Part shown: one piece after another, positions 1 through 12,855 of the stretch | Numbering within the stretch: the stretch's first letter is position 1 | How the letters are laid out: each line of letters begins with the position of its first letter | Source: Eledone cirrhosa | Taxonomy: Eukaryota | Direction of reading: 5' to 3' | DNA: 64,000 nucleotides | Assembly (NCBI GenBank): GCA_964016885.1 | Contig: OZ024743.1 | Span: forward strand, 248,868,001 to 248,932,000 | Notes under the pieces: model-generated | What the model saw: only the letters and a program-made list of their open reading frames with translations | Told to the model about the DNA's origin: nothing | The model's database searches: none | Program-made: the position numbers and the translations under genes

Positions 1-1011
1 TAACTTTAAAATCTGAATATACATATGCTCTGGGGTATCCATTCTTCTATAAGTATAAATATTTCTCTTGAATTGTTATACCCAAGGGGGAATTGAATGA
101 TACTGTAATTTCATATAGTACAAGACATTACGAGTCAAAAGTTAATAAACTATAAGATTTATGGTGGAAGGTATTAAATCTATTAGTAAAGTCATCTTTC
201 AAGAAAACATTTTGAAATTGCATTGTAACAGGTCAGAAAAAAAACATGAAATGATAATAATACCTTCAAACATTATATTTCAGACCAAGTCAGTTAGAAC
301 TCATTGTAGTTTAGATCAGGTCTTCCTTAAGTGTGTGTGTGGGGGGGGGGGGGGTCACAACCCTTTGGGAGAAGGGGTTGGTCATGAGTGCAACTGAGAA
401 ATTTGTTTTATTTTATATTCTAGCTTTAAGATCCTTATATGCTAGTTATTGTCATTTTTCTTGCAAAAAATAAAATTTTGCAATTGTACATTTAAAAACA
501 AATCTTCAAATTTAAAATTTAATAACTGTGCTGAAAAGTTCCATATTAAAATAATGGTTTCTGATTTAAGCACAACCCAAATGTGTTACTGGTACTTTAT
601 TTTCTTGACCACATAAGGGCGAAAGACAAAGCTAATCTCAGCAGGATTTGAACTCAAAATGTAGAGACATAACTATATACCACAAAATGTAGTCCAACAC
701 TCTACCAATACAACCAATCCACTGCCCTCTCATATTAAAATAACACAACAAACTTCTTTTATTAAATGTTTGGAGGAGGAGAGCAACAAATTTCTTTTAA
801 AAGAAGGAGGGGAGGGCCTGGTTATAGCACAACTATAAAACAATTGATCAATGAAGTTCCTGTAACTGGTGCAGCCAGTCATTGGAGAGCTACGCTAGAA
901 TAAAGATTTACTGTTTTAAGTGAATAAGACCAAACTAATTTACCTCTATAATAAAAAAAAAAGTTGTGAGAATGTATGTGCAGGAGTACTTGTCTGGATA
1001 TACAGACTGGA

Positions 1012-1165
1012 TGCAGGTATGGCTAAGTGCTTAAGAAGCTCATTTTGAAATCATGAGATCCTGGGTTCAACCCCACTGAGTGGAATTTTGAAGAAATGTC
1101 TTTATCATAGCTTCTGGTCTACCTAAGCCTTGTAAGTGAAATTAGATACACAGAAACTGCCATGC
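1012..1165 (+). mobile_element. Second tRNA-derived SINE family (also ~18995-19110, 25875-25990, 61518-61660; minus strand 51497-51620, 53515-53676)
   Basis: gcaggtatggctaagtgcttaagaagct..gggttcaacccc head with conserved gccttgtgagtgaa..agacagaaactg body. Confidence 0.7.
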
Positions 1166-2016
1166 AGATTCGGTGTGAGAATTACATTAAATTGACTGAA
1201 TGAATAATGATGATGAGCTTGAGGAATACTCAACCAATTGCAAGTTAATTCACAAGTTGATTTAGTTGATCAAACAACTGGATGCACATTGTCAAAACCA
1301 ACAGAGGAACAATCATATTTGCTTATGTATGTTATGATGTTGATAAGCTATGTATCTAACATGTTTTCATTTATGTCTATATTATACTATACAACAATAT
1401 TGTGGTAGGAACATTTATTTGAAATGACTGATAAGGAATGTGCCAGTAGAAACTGACTATAAGATGTGATTTGGTGAATGAGAATAATGTATAAGATCAG
1501 GAATTTTAAACAACCAGTGAAAGCATGTGGTCTAGCAGTTAGGGCATTGGGCTCCTGATCATATGGTTGTGGTTTCAATCCCAGACTAAATGATATATTG
1601 TGTATTAGAGCAGAACATTTCATTTCCTATTGCTCTAGTTCACTCAGCTGAAAATAAGTAGCAGTGGCAGCTGTTTTGCAATCCCAGTTGCTAAATGACC
1701 ATGAAATTGGAATAAAGCTCCAGGCTTTATTCAACCTGAGCAATATTGGAAAAATGGATATATAACAATGACTAAACCCTACTAAATTGAAGTTATCTGA
1801 GGATTGTAGCCATTACTGTAATTCATTCGTCTGTTCAAGTCATTGCAATCAAATGAGATTTCAAAAACAAAGTGCCCCTAAAAGACAAGTTGGGCAAAAA
1901 GGCCATCATTATATAATCCTACTGGCTGGGTTTGACCTGGTCAGTTGTTGAGATCATGCAGAGGAAAAGAGATAAAGAAATTAAGTGAATACAAAAAAGA
2001 ATATATAGACAATTAC

Positions 2017-2089
2017 CCCAGGTTGTGCCTAAAGGAGTTGGTTTCACAAAATCAAAAACAGCAACTTTTTTACCAAATGAAGCAGCTTC
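2017..2089 (-). CDS. TXNRD3: TGR/TXNRD3-like coding exon 5 ([25 protein letters not shown]); gene continues beyond left edge
   Basis: Manual translation matches the TrxR segment just before GLGGTCVNVGC. Acceptor tttttcag, donor gtaatt; phase 0 start fits the previous exon. Confidence 0.93.
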
Positions 2090-3276
2090 CTGAAAAAAAA
2101 AAAAAATAGATTAAAGTTTTTTTTAAATTTAAAAACATTTTTAACATCCAGGTTCCCATGCTAACATGACTTGGAGGGGGCTTGTTGAGGTAGCTTTTTT
2201 ATGGTCAGGTGTCCTTCTGGCACTAACCCATACTTGGTATATACTGCCTATCTTTCTTCTTTGAACCATTACACTGTAGAACATATTGCTTATACAAGAC
2301 ATGAAATGACATAGCTTGCTTTAACACTTGAGCATTTACATTACTCTATATTTACTATCATATTTTCATGGTAAACGCTTTACCTCACATAATATCGAAT
2401 CTATGAGACTTAGATATTTTGAGAACAATACCTTAACGTCAGTATGAGACCAGTTACAGCTGGTTTGAGCAGAAAGAGGTGAGAGAATTCTAGCCTGATA
2501 TGGCCGGTTTAAATGTTAATGGGTTAAACATTGTCAATATGAAGACACACAAGGTATTATTAACTCAAAAAACAATTATTGCCTTTATAGAAAGAATAAC
2601 ACCTCAATCATGTTAGCATGGTTCCTACACCTGGATGCCCTCCTTAGAATCAACTACTTTATAAAGTGTACTGGGTATATTTAATCATGGTGCCAGATAT
2701 ACCTAATCAGATTAAAGTAGATTTAGTAAAATAAAGTTGATAGAGAATAAAACTAATCACCTAAATGAATATATGCACACTGTAAAATGGTTGGTGTTAG
2801 GAAGGGCCTTCAGCTGTGGAAGGAATGGATACCGAACTGGAACACAAGTAAAACATGGTCATCTGACTTGTTTAGTCTCAGAACTTGACAAGCTGTTTAA
2901 TGCATGCCAGCATGAAACACAGACATAAAACAGTGATGATGATGATCCTTCAGACCTCATTGTTCGATCCCACAACATGGCAACTTGATTAATTATCTTC
3001 TGCTATAGCCTTGGGAGTGAATTTTGTACATGTAAATTGTAAGGAGGTGTGTTATGTGTCAGTTACTACAGGCATCAAAACAATCAGTGATGTTTATTTA
3101 TGTCCGTCATAAACAATATGCTCTACAATGTAGTGGTTTACATCATAGAAACCATACTTGTTGTCAGGAAGGACATCTGGTCATATAAAGAATTGTCTTA
3201 AAAAGTCTCATGGAAAAGTGGAAGTAAAAATGATGATACCAAATGAAAAAAATGAAAACTTTTTTTGTGAATCTAT

Positions 3277-3526
3277 TTAATCCTCTCATTACCATATTCC
3301 TTATGAAAGATGCTGCTTAGGCTTTTCAAGTCATTTTTAAAATAATCAAAAATTTGGAGGGATTTAGTAATATAACTAACATTCATATTATTTAGCTGGT
3401 GTTTGGAACATAAACACCCTTACATAAAATTATAGAACGTTTTTAGCTAAATATAAACAATTTGAAACAGAGTTTTGTATCAAAAAACAAAGGGCGATTT
3501 CAGGGGTTTGGTATCAAAAGGGTTAA
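3277..3526. mobile_element. piggyBac-type MITE family A (also 11750-11930, 26239-26487, 55250-55375)
   Basis: TTAA-flanked, CCT/CCC...AAAGGG termini, shared internal sequence between copies. Confidence 0.7.
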
Positions 3527-3544
3527 AAAGATGAAAGGACATAC

Positions 3545-3675
3545 CTTAGATGCTGCTAATCCACCAGAACCTCCACCAATCACAATTAAATCATAATCAT
3601 AACGGCTTTTGTCAGAAGATACCATTTCCAGCAGCTTGCCATTACTATGAAGATTTGCTGTATCATCATAGCCAC
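3545..3675 (-). CDS. TXNRD3: TGR coding exon 4 (GYDDTANLHSNGKLLEMVSSDKSRYDYDLIVIGGGSGGLAASK): Grx C-terminus, linker and FAD-binding GxGxxG
   Basis: YDYDLIVIGGGSGGLAASK is the diagnostic TrxR N-terminal motif. AG/GT boundaries with consistent phases (1 in, 0 out). Confidence 0.95.
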
Positions 3676-4132
3676 CTAAAATAGACAAAGACATCATTCA
3701 TATTAGTAATTGCACTGACACAGCATCACTCAAAATGAAGGTGCATATGAATCCATATGAAACATGCTTCATTATCGTCATTTTCGATGCTGGCATGAGT
3801 TGGACAGGTTGACACATTCTGAGACCAGACAGGTTGAATGACAGTTTTTTTTTTACCTGTACTAATTATATTGTGACACCAGCATTACTGACAGGCTGGA
3901 TTTTATAGTGACACCTACACTACCACTATATAGTGTGCACTGGGTGCATTTTACCATGACACCAGCTCTGCCACTTTACAGTATGTGCTGGCTGCATTTT
4001 ATCGTGATACTAACACTAGCACTTTATAACGTGTAATGGATGTTTTTTACTGTTACACCAGCACCAACACTTTACTGTGCACATACATTTAGTTTCATTG
4101 CATTTCAGTAGGGAATATTTCACAGCTACTTA

Positions 4133-4619
4133 CACAACCAAAGTAGCATACTTGACTCATTTCTTTCTCGCCTCCACATGTCTTCTGCAGTCAAAGCCTG
4201 TTTCACTGCCATGAAGCATTGCAGTTCACACACAGGCATTATACAGTCTACCCTTCACTCAGAGAAAAGTATTTTGTTGTTAGCAGCAGTAATAGATCTC
4301 TAAACTTTTTCCAGCCTGTTCTTATCCTAGAACACTTTCAGCGCATCCTCCCTCACTACTAATTTGATTGCCTAAGTAGCAAAAGCTATCAACAACCTTC
4401 TGAAGGAATATATTTCACATGTCATCTTTGCACTCACTTCCCCACTGCATCGACCACATATAAGGTTTATCTTTTCCGTTAGCCTACCTGCAATCACACT
4501 ATAGCTCTTGTGCATCCATAATTTACATTGTGCACCTTAAGGAATTTCAGCATACCACTTTCTGACATATCAAATAAGGCCACTTTCCTGATGGTATCAC
4601 ATTCCTGTCTTCATTCCTC
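4133..4619 (-). mobile_element. Old RTE-clade LINE, downstream part (split by Gypsy insertion)
   Basis: Reverse strand gives degenerate GRLY..C..TAMLHGSET and the Cys-rich region homologous to the 14118-15509 ORF. Confidence 0.85.
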
Positions 4620-5067
4620 TGTAGTGCTCTCTAGACAGGGAAGTAGCTAGAGTTACTTCCCGTCGAAAGTCTAGAACCCTCTTTGTAACTTCCGGAAAGA
4701 GGATATAAGTAGCGGCAACGCAGTCAGGCTCTCTCTCTTTTGGCGCCTTCCTTCGAACTGACAACACTGAAGACAAGCATGTTAACTTTTCTCTGACCAC
4801 CTATCATGGATCTGGACTATACCTAATTATGTACGAGAATATTTGTTTACAACAATTATAACATGGAACTACAATAAAATGAAGACATATTCGATACCCG
4901 TTCCGAAAAACTGCTTACGTTTTATCATTACATTTGTAATGGGAATTAACTCTCATTCGACATGGTGTTATGTAAAAATATCTTATCCTTTTCTTTATAA
5001 AATTTAGTAGTTAGATTCCAGTGACATTTACTCGAGTAAATAACCCTGGGTCTGGCAGAACACTAAA
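4620..5067 (+). repeat. 5' LTR (448 bp)
   Basis: Direct repeat of 9479-9924 with about 6 substitutions and one 2-bp indel by eye; starts TG, followed by the PBS. Confidence 0.95.
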
Positions 5068-5343
5068 ATGGTGACCCCGACGTAAAGAAAAATAAAAAAA
5101 AAGAAACACCAACAAAAAAAATGATAATTTCCGGATACGCATGAAGAAAGAAAAAAAAAAATTTTTTTGCACCTCGTGTCTTCGTTTTGTATTCACCATT
5201 TTGCTTCCTCCGTGTTACATCACTTCAACTATTCATGTTACTACCACGTGTGCATATATTTTTGAAAATACAACTAATTTTCTTTCAAATGTGTTGTCAT
5301 TGACTGATTCACGGAAGTTAAACCACATGTGCGGCAGTTAAAA

Positions 5344-8300
5344 ATGAAAACATTTCACCCAGCGGCTACTACATTCATGATGAGCAATTCTTTGCTACCG
5401 ACGTATTCAGGTGATGCAGAGTTGTGGTTTGCACAACTAGATTCGTATTTTGTTGCACATGGCGTCCAAGCGGCACAACGAAGGTTACACGTGCTCATAA
5501 GCGGAATCCCTGCCTCGCTCGCCATTTCAGTAAAGGATATCATCACAGATCCCCCACAAAGCGTCACTTATGAGACCCCATTCGTCAGCCATTCGTCTGA
5601 GAGCAAATTTCGTTCCTTGTTGGAGGAGAAAAACCTGAGAGATAGAACCCTGTCCAAGTTTTTACGGCGCATCCTGGAACTGAGCAACTCAACAGCAGAG
5701 GACAACTCTTTCGTAAAACAATTATTCTTCTCCCGTTTGCCAACAAATGTGCAGACCATACTGGCAAATATAGTCGACACCAGTTCTCTGCACCAAATTG
5801 CATAATGGAATTTTCTTGAGTACCTACTTCGGCAGATCCACACATTGCTTCTGCTACTTTTAAAGCACAGCCTGTTCCACCTCGTGAGGACTCTATATTG
5901 AGAGCTCTTGACGCGCTAACTCGTCAAGTGACTAAACTGTGTCGAGAACGAACACATTCCAGATGGCGTCCACGAAGTCGTCGTTCTTCTTTTCATCGTC
6001 GCGCCAAAACCCCCGCCAACAACTCGTCTTTATGTTGGTATCACGTGCGTTTTCGTGAAAAGGCGAATCATTAATAAACTAAACCTGGAGAATCTGGGCA
6101 TGGCAGATCTCTCCCCCATTAATTCTCCTTATCGTGCCTTTTTCATAAAAGAACAAATCGTTTATGGTCGACACAGGATCTAGCTGCAGTATTTGGCCCC
6201 TTCATTTCAGCTGTACCAAGCCAAATTTTTCCGGTATTTCCTTGTATGCAATAAACCAGTCTCCTATAAAAACTTATGGACAAATATCTATCATTGGACC
6301 TAGCTTTGTGTCGGGGTTTCAAATGGATTTCCGTTGTAGCGGACCTACCCCACCCTATTCTCGGTGCGGATTTTTTACACCACTACTCACTGTTAGTAGA
6401 TGTCAGGAAACAGAAACTTGTGGATGGCACCACATCTTTATCTACGCCTGCTCGTGGTTCTACTGTTGCCACCATAAGTCCCGCGTGTTTCACAGCTGTC
6501 TCTGGAAACCAGCTTCATTCTCTTCTTGCCTCGTTTCCCGAGTTAACTGACATTTCATTTAAACCGAACCAAGTAATCCACTCGACTCAACATTTTATTA
6601 CAACAACTGCTCCGCCTGTTTTTTTTCGGCTACGTAGGCTGGCTCCAGACAGCTTGGTCTTATACGACCGTACACCAGCCCATGGGCATCCCCGCTTCAT
6701 TTGGCTCGTAAGGGTGAAGCGGATTTTAGACCTGTGGGTGATTATAGACGACTTAACGCTATCACAACACCTGATCATTATCCTCTACCAAATTTACAGG
6801 ATATTTCATCCGCTCTGCATGAATGCAAGATATTTTCTAAAATAGATCTGGTACGCGCTTACCATTAAATACCCATGCATCCGGAAGACATACCAAAAAC
6901 AGCTGTGACCACCCCTTTTGGTTCGTTTGAATTCCTATCCATGCCTTTTGGTTTGCGGAATGCTTCTAGTATGTTCCAGCGTTTTATCGTTGAAGTCACG
7001 CGTGGATTGGATTTCGTGTTTGCTTACGTTGATGATCTCCTGATAGCCAGTGATTCGGATGAACACCATCATCAACATCTATCTCAGTTATTTCAACGTC
7101 TCCAATCGTACCAAGTCAGAATCAACCCAGCTAAATGTGTGTTTGGTGCAGATTCGCTGGAATTCCTCGGACACCTTATAGATTCAGAAGGCATTCATCC
7201 TTTGCCAGCTAAAGTAGAGGCGATTCAGCAATTAGCACCACCAACATCTTTGAAACAATTACGCCATTTCTTGGGATTAATTAACTTTTATCGTCGCTTT
7301 ATTCCTAACTGTGCGGACAAGTTATTCCCCTTGACGCAGTTTTTAAGGGCTGCAAAAAAGAAAGATGAAAAAATTTCACTTTCTGCCGATGCATTGCAGT
7401 CTTTTAAATCCGTCAAGTCTGAGCTAGCTAAAGTTTCCTTCCTTGCCCATCCTGTTGCAAATGCGAGACTTTCCTTATCTGTTGATGCATCTGATCGTGC
7501 TGTTGGTGCAGTTTTGCATCATGTAATCGATCACCAAGTTCAACCATTAGCATTTTTCTCTCGCCAATTAAAACCAGCAGAACAGAGATACAGCACCTTT
7601 GGCGATTTATCTTGCCGTGAAGCACTTCCACCACCTTTTGGAGGGGTGGGAGTTCACGATATTCACGGACCACAAACCGTTAACGTTCGCTTTACAATCC
7701 AAGTCCAACAAGTACTCTCCGAGAGCGTATAGGCATCTGGATCTCATCTCACAGTATACCAGTGACATTCATCACATAGCTGGAACTTCCAACATACCTG
7801 CGGACGCACTATCTCGACTTTCTGTGTGTTCTCTTGCGTCTCCTGCACATATCAATTTAGTTGCCATTGCAACTGACCAACCTACTTTGGATTCGCTGGA
7901 CATTTCCTCTGACCAGTTCTCCTGCTGCAAATTTGAATATTTACCTCTTCCATCTTCTGAAGGGAAAATTCTCTGCGATGTTTCTACTGGCTCACCCAGA
8001 CACCTTGTTCCAGATTGTCATCAGCGTATCGTTTTTGATACACTTCATTCCTTGTCACATCCTGGCATAGCTGCCACGGTGAAGCTCATTACGGCTCGAT
8101 TCTTCTGGCCTAATATGCGTTGTTTAATCACCAGTTGGGCACGTTCTTGTTTGAAGTGTCAACGCTCTAAGATTCATTGGCATGTCCGCGCTCCTCTTGG
8201 AAAATTCAGCCCGCCAGACACACGTTTCCGTCATATACACATGGATATTGTTGGTCCATGGCCCGTTAGTCATAGATTCACATACATATTGACTTGTATC

Positions 8301-9150
8301 GATCGTTTCTCTCGGTGGCCTGAAGCCATACTCCTAGTGGACATAACAGCAGAGTCCGTTGCCCGAGCTTTCATTTCCAATTAGATTGCTCGTTTCGGTG
8401 TTCCTACTAAAATAACTACGGATCGTGGACGCCAATTTGAAGCTTCCTTATTTCGTGAAAAATCACGACTCTTGGGTGCTCATCACATCCATACGACCAG
8501 CTATCACCCAGCCTTCAATGTAATGATCGAGAGGTTTCATAGACAGTTGAAAGCTGCACTTCGCGCTACTCCTGATCCACAACGTTGGACTGAATTTTTG
8601 CCTATCGTGCTTCTTGGTTGTCGTGCTGCCATTAAGACAGATTTAGGTTTTTCTTCTGCTGAACTTCTTTATGGTACCACATTGTCTCTTCCTGGACAAA
8701 TGTTAACACCAGTGGATTCATCATATCTTGACCCAGCATCATGTCACCAGGATTCGTTCGTATTTCTCGGATCTTCCACCGATGAACCCTTGTGACCAGT
8801 CTATTTCTTCTGCTGTCCCATCGGACATCTCTACGTGGACACACATTTTCATACGGAATGATTCCGTCAAGGGACCTCTTACGTCACCTTATAATGGACC
8901 TTTTCGTGTGCTTTCGCACAAACCCAAACATTTCACAGTGGCTGTCAATGGCCGTAAAGAGACAATATCCATTGACAGAGCAAAAAAGGCTTTCTCCGAA
9001 AGTCTCATCACACTGCCTGATACACCTCGTACATACACTCCTACACCAACACTTTCACCTCCACCGCAAACACCCCATACCACACAACCTTATGTCACAC
9101 GAGGTGGCCACGAAAACTCTCAAAAACAATATACATTTAAACCCCAGTGA
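5344..9150 (+). pseudogene. Gypsy gag-pol with stops, frameshifts and deletions
   Basis: Gag LWFAQLDSYF and CWYH knuckle (6033); protease VDTGS; RT SPWASPLH, DYRRLN, YVDD; RNase H DAS, TDHKPL, ADALSR; integrase HHCC and DIVGP, TDRG. Stops at 5803, 6866 and 8382. Confidence 0.95.
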
Positions 9151-9478
9151 CATTAACATACCTCTTCCTTTTCAGTTTTCAGATAGAACTAGTGTCAGAA
9201 AAGTCTGTACACTAGTGATGTATGAACTATTTGACTTTGAAAAACATTGATTTTACCATTGAGCATCAATATTCTCTGCTCCTTTGTATGACTATGATTT
9301 ATCATTCGTTACATTCAAACATTCTTTGTAAAAATGCATTACTTCTTTTATGTTCATTTTGCTATTTGCTTGCTCATGTTTTATTCATTCATGTTCTTGT
9401 ACCTTTTGTTTTGCTCCTCATGTTCTTGCTACAATGATTTCATTGGGTCTTTCGACTTCTCGTCTGAGAGGGGAGTCT

Positions 9479-9924
9479 TGTAACGCTCTCTAGACAGGGA
9501 AGTAGCTAGAGTTACTTCCCGTCGAAAGTCTAGAACCCTCTTTGTAACTTCCGGAAAGAGGATATAAATAGCGGCAACGCAGTCAGGCTCTCTCTCTTTT
9601 GGCGTCTTCCTTCGAACTGACAACACTGAAGACAAGCATGTTAACTTTTCTCTGACCACCTATCATGGATCTGGACTATACCTAATTATGTACGAGAATA
9701 TTTGTTTACAACAATTATAACATGGAACTACAATAAAATGAAGACATATTCGATACCCGTTCCGAGAAACTGCTTACGTTTTATCATTACCTTTGTAATG
9801 GGAATTAACTCATTCGACATGGTGTTATGTAAAAATATCTTATCCTTTTCTTTATAAAATTTAGTAGTTAGATTCCAGTGACATTTACTCGAGTAAATAA
9901 CCCTGGGTCTGGCAGAACACTAAA
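9479..9924 (+). repeat. 3' LTR (446 bp)
   Basis: See 5' LTR; preceded by the polypurine tract; TATAAA at 9563-9568. Confidence 0.95.
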
Positions 9925-10840
9925 CCTTTCCTACTTAAGACTTTCGTCTTTGCTAAATTTACTTTTCAGCCCCTCAGCTCTAGGTTCTTTCATGCTTGAA
10001 ATTTTGCTTCCAATTCTCCTACAGACTCAGCTATGAGGACTAGATTGTTGGCATAAAGGAGCTCCCATAGAGTGCAAGTTTTAAACGCCTCAGTGATAGC
10101 CTGAAGTACAATGGTAAATAGGAGTGGACTGAAGACTGATCCCTGGTGGACTCCCACCTGTACTTCAAATTCATCTGTACTCATTGCCACTCTATTGGTT
10201 GCTCCTCTATACATGGCCTGCATGGCCATCATAAGCCATTCATCTACACCTACCTTCCTAAGTGCCTATCACATTAGAGCATGGGACTCTGTCAAAGGCC
10301 TTCTCCAGATCTAAAAATGCTAGATAAAGTGGCTTACTCTTAGTTGTCTCACCAGAAAGATGGCATCAGTAGTAGCCCTACCTAACATAAATCTTCACAG
10401 AGCAGAACATGTGCAAACTTCTTTTCTATCCCTCCCCTTGCTACACATACTTGGCATTTGACCTTCCTTCTTGCTATCTGGTATTGTTTCCTCCGTTCCT
10501 CCAAGCTTGCCTTTCTTTTAATTGCTCTTTCTACCATGTCATTCCATGACCATGTCACCCTCCGTCTTGGCGGGACCTTACTCCAACCTCTCATCTGACT
10601 TGTAGCTTCTAGCAGGTTGTCTCGTAGCTTTTGTCTCATAGTACACCTAGCTCTTACTCTAAAGTCACTGATAACTAATCTATGTTGGGGGGTACATTCC
10701 TCCCCAGGGAAAGACTTGGTATTTACAACCATTTGCTTGTCTCATTTCCTGGCAAGGATGAAGTCTATTTAGTTTGTATACCCCACTGATTGGTAGGTAA
10801 TCGGGTGGATGGCTGGTTCCTGAAAGTGTGTGTTACAGAT
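9925..10840 (-). mobile_element. Old RTE-clade LINE, upstream part (RT and endonuclease-end remnants)
   Basis: ORFs 9990-10232 (VGVHQGSVFSPLLF, WELLYAN) and 10382-10732 (FPGEECTPQHRLV); KVNLAKTKVL continues into 4133-4619. Confidence 0.88.
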
Positions 10841-11177
10841 CACTAAATTAAAAGCAACACAGAACTCCAGAAGCCTATATATATATAGTGACACCTATAC
10901 AACCACTTTACAGTGTGGACTGGGTGTTTTTGTTTGTGATACCAACACGACAACTTTACAGCGTGGACTGAGGCTATGATGGGAGATGAAAAGGTGTGGA
11001 TGAGTGGTAGGGTGTTAGGACATGGGTGGAGTGTTACTGAATAACGCCAATGATCTCGATCCTGTGTCATTACCTTTGGGAGGTGCAACTGTATATTTGA
11101 AAAATAATAACAAGCATCAGAAAAGTCATTCTTATTTTTCAAATATATTTGTCCCAAAGATTTTCTTCATTTTCTAC

Positions 11178-11222
<45 letters not shown>

Positions 11223-11538
11223 ATATTAGGTGTGTAACAGTTACAGGCAGTACACCATTCGAAGCACTCAATGCAGTTACGAGGCCTGTTTTGATTGGGT
11301 CACATATCTGATGAGATGTTGAAAAAGAGTCAGGCCCCATCACCTTGATTATACACTGAGCTGATCGATATTGAAACAATTTAATATGTAAATAAAGTTT
11401 GTACATATGCCTCAACACTGACTTCGATTCTTTTAACTCGCTCTCTCTCTAGAAAGAGAGAGAGAGACACACACACAATTATAATGTATTAAAGTATTCA
11501 ATTAGATATTTCAGGTGAAAAAAAAATCTTTTTTTTAC

Positions 11539-11625
11539 CAATATGATCACTATTGATGAAGATATTTGGTACTGTCCTCTGACCAGTTATATCCTGCAAA
11601 GTTAATTGGATATCACTACCATTTT
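11539..11625 (-). CDS. TXNRD3: TGR coding exon 3 (ENGSDIQLTLQDITGQRTVPNIFINSDHIG), glutaredoxin TVP motif
   Basis: Grx TVPxIFI...HIGG motif; tttttag acceptor, gtaaaa donor, phase 1/1. Confidence 0.94.
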
Positions 11626-12794
11626 CTAAAAAAGATAGAAATAGAAATGGAAAGGTTAATAATGTATTAGACATCAAGATAAACACGTAGCTGAGAAAGA
11701 AAATAATGTTAAAATTAACTGGTATTGATACTAAACTAACAAACTGCCACATGTTCTAGGATACAAAGCTGTATATTTTTAAATGCTTTATATTCATCTA
11801 AAGAATTTTCATCATAATTTTATGCTCTAAACACCAAGTTAAATCTCCCCAAATTCTTGATTATTTTCAAAATGATTTGAAAATCGTAGGCAGTAGCTTT
11901 TACTAAAAATATAGTAATGAAAGGGTTAAAATATTTTTTTTTAAATCTTTACATGTTTATATCAATTAAAAAGAAAAAAAAAGATAGAATAAGAAATATG
12001 GCAACATCTTATACATGAAATTGTTCTGTCTGTTGTAAACACCCTAAGCAATTAATTACAGTATAGTCCCAAACTAGGTCCTGCTGATCTACCCTATATC
12101 TGTGACTCTAACATGAAAGTACTTTTAACCCATTGCCATTTACATTACTCTATATTTACTATTATATTTTCACGGTAAAGGCTTTACCTCAGATAATTAT
12201 CTCACATAATATCAAATCTATGAGATTTTGGTAATATTTATTTTGAGAACAATACCTTAACATCAATATGAGTGGCCAGTTACAGCTGGTTTGAACAGAA
12301 AGAGGTGAGAAAATTCTGGACGGATATGACATTACATCACATCACATTTAACATTAGAAGAAAATCTGGTACATATTCTTAAAAGGTCATTAAACACAAG
12401 AAATAAGTAAAGTGAAAGAATCTGACCCTAAATCACAGCAAATTGTAAGATGATTATAGGGAACTGACCTCATAGATATACGTTTTTGTTTGTTTTGTTG
12501 TTGCTTTTGGAGGGGAATTTGTTTTTTTTACTATTGAGTTAAGGAAAGAAAAGCAATGCTCATGAACATTTTCAGGTCTTCCGAGACTGGTGGGAAGGAG
12601 GGAGGAAGGTATCCTGAGACTGGAGACCTAGTCCGAATGCTTTCAACAAAGTGGACTTTGGTTAAGGCATCCATAGGCCTTGTAGTGGTTAAATACACAA
12701 TCTATATAGATCAAACGCTGAGAAAAATACATCATTAAAAAATTAGGAAATTGGATTCTTTTTCTTTAATGAAATTTAAATATAAAAATCTTAC

Positions 12795-12855
12795 CAATTT
12801 CATCAAGTTCTAACACTTTGTATTCTACTTTCAAACTTTCAAATATTTGTTTGGC
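12795..12855 (-). CDS. TXNRD3: TGR coding exon 2 (AKQIFESLKVEYKVLELDEI)
   Basis: Grx helix/strand segment with LELD; tacag acceptor, gtaag donor; 61 nt joins exons 1 and 3 in frame. Confidence 0.92.

Larger units (their letters stand above)
4620..9924 (+). mobile_element. Full-length Ty3/Gypsy LTR retrotransposon, CsRn1-like lineage, decayed
   Basis: Near-identical LTRs 4620-5067 and 9479-9924. PBS TGGTGACCCCGACGT (5069-5083) is complementary to the tRNA-Trp 3' end; PPT GAGAGGGGAG precedes the 3' LTR; flanks cctc/cctt. Domain order gag-PR-RT-RH-IN. Confidence 0.97.

Noticed and set aside
1518-1590. tRNA-like sequences (also 43930-44003 and other SINE heads)
   Set aside because: A/B boxes continue into SINE bodies with no proper cloverleaf; not tRNA genes.
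1-2016. TrxR CVNVGC exon, GCUG terminus and SECIS
   Set aside because: Not found in this stretch; presumably beyond the left edge, so selenoprotein status is inferred only.
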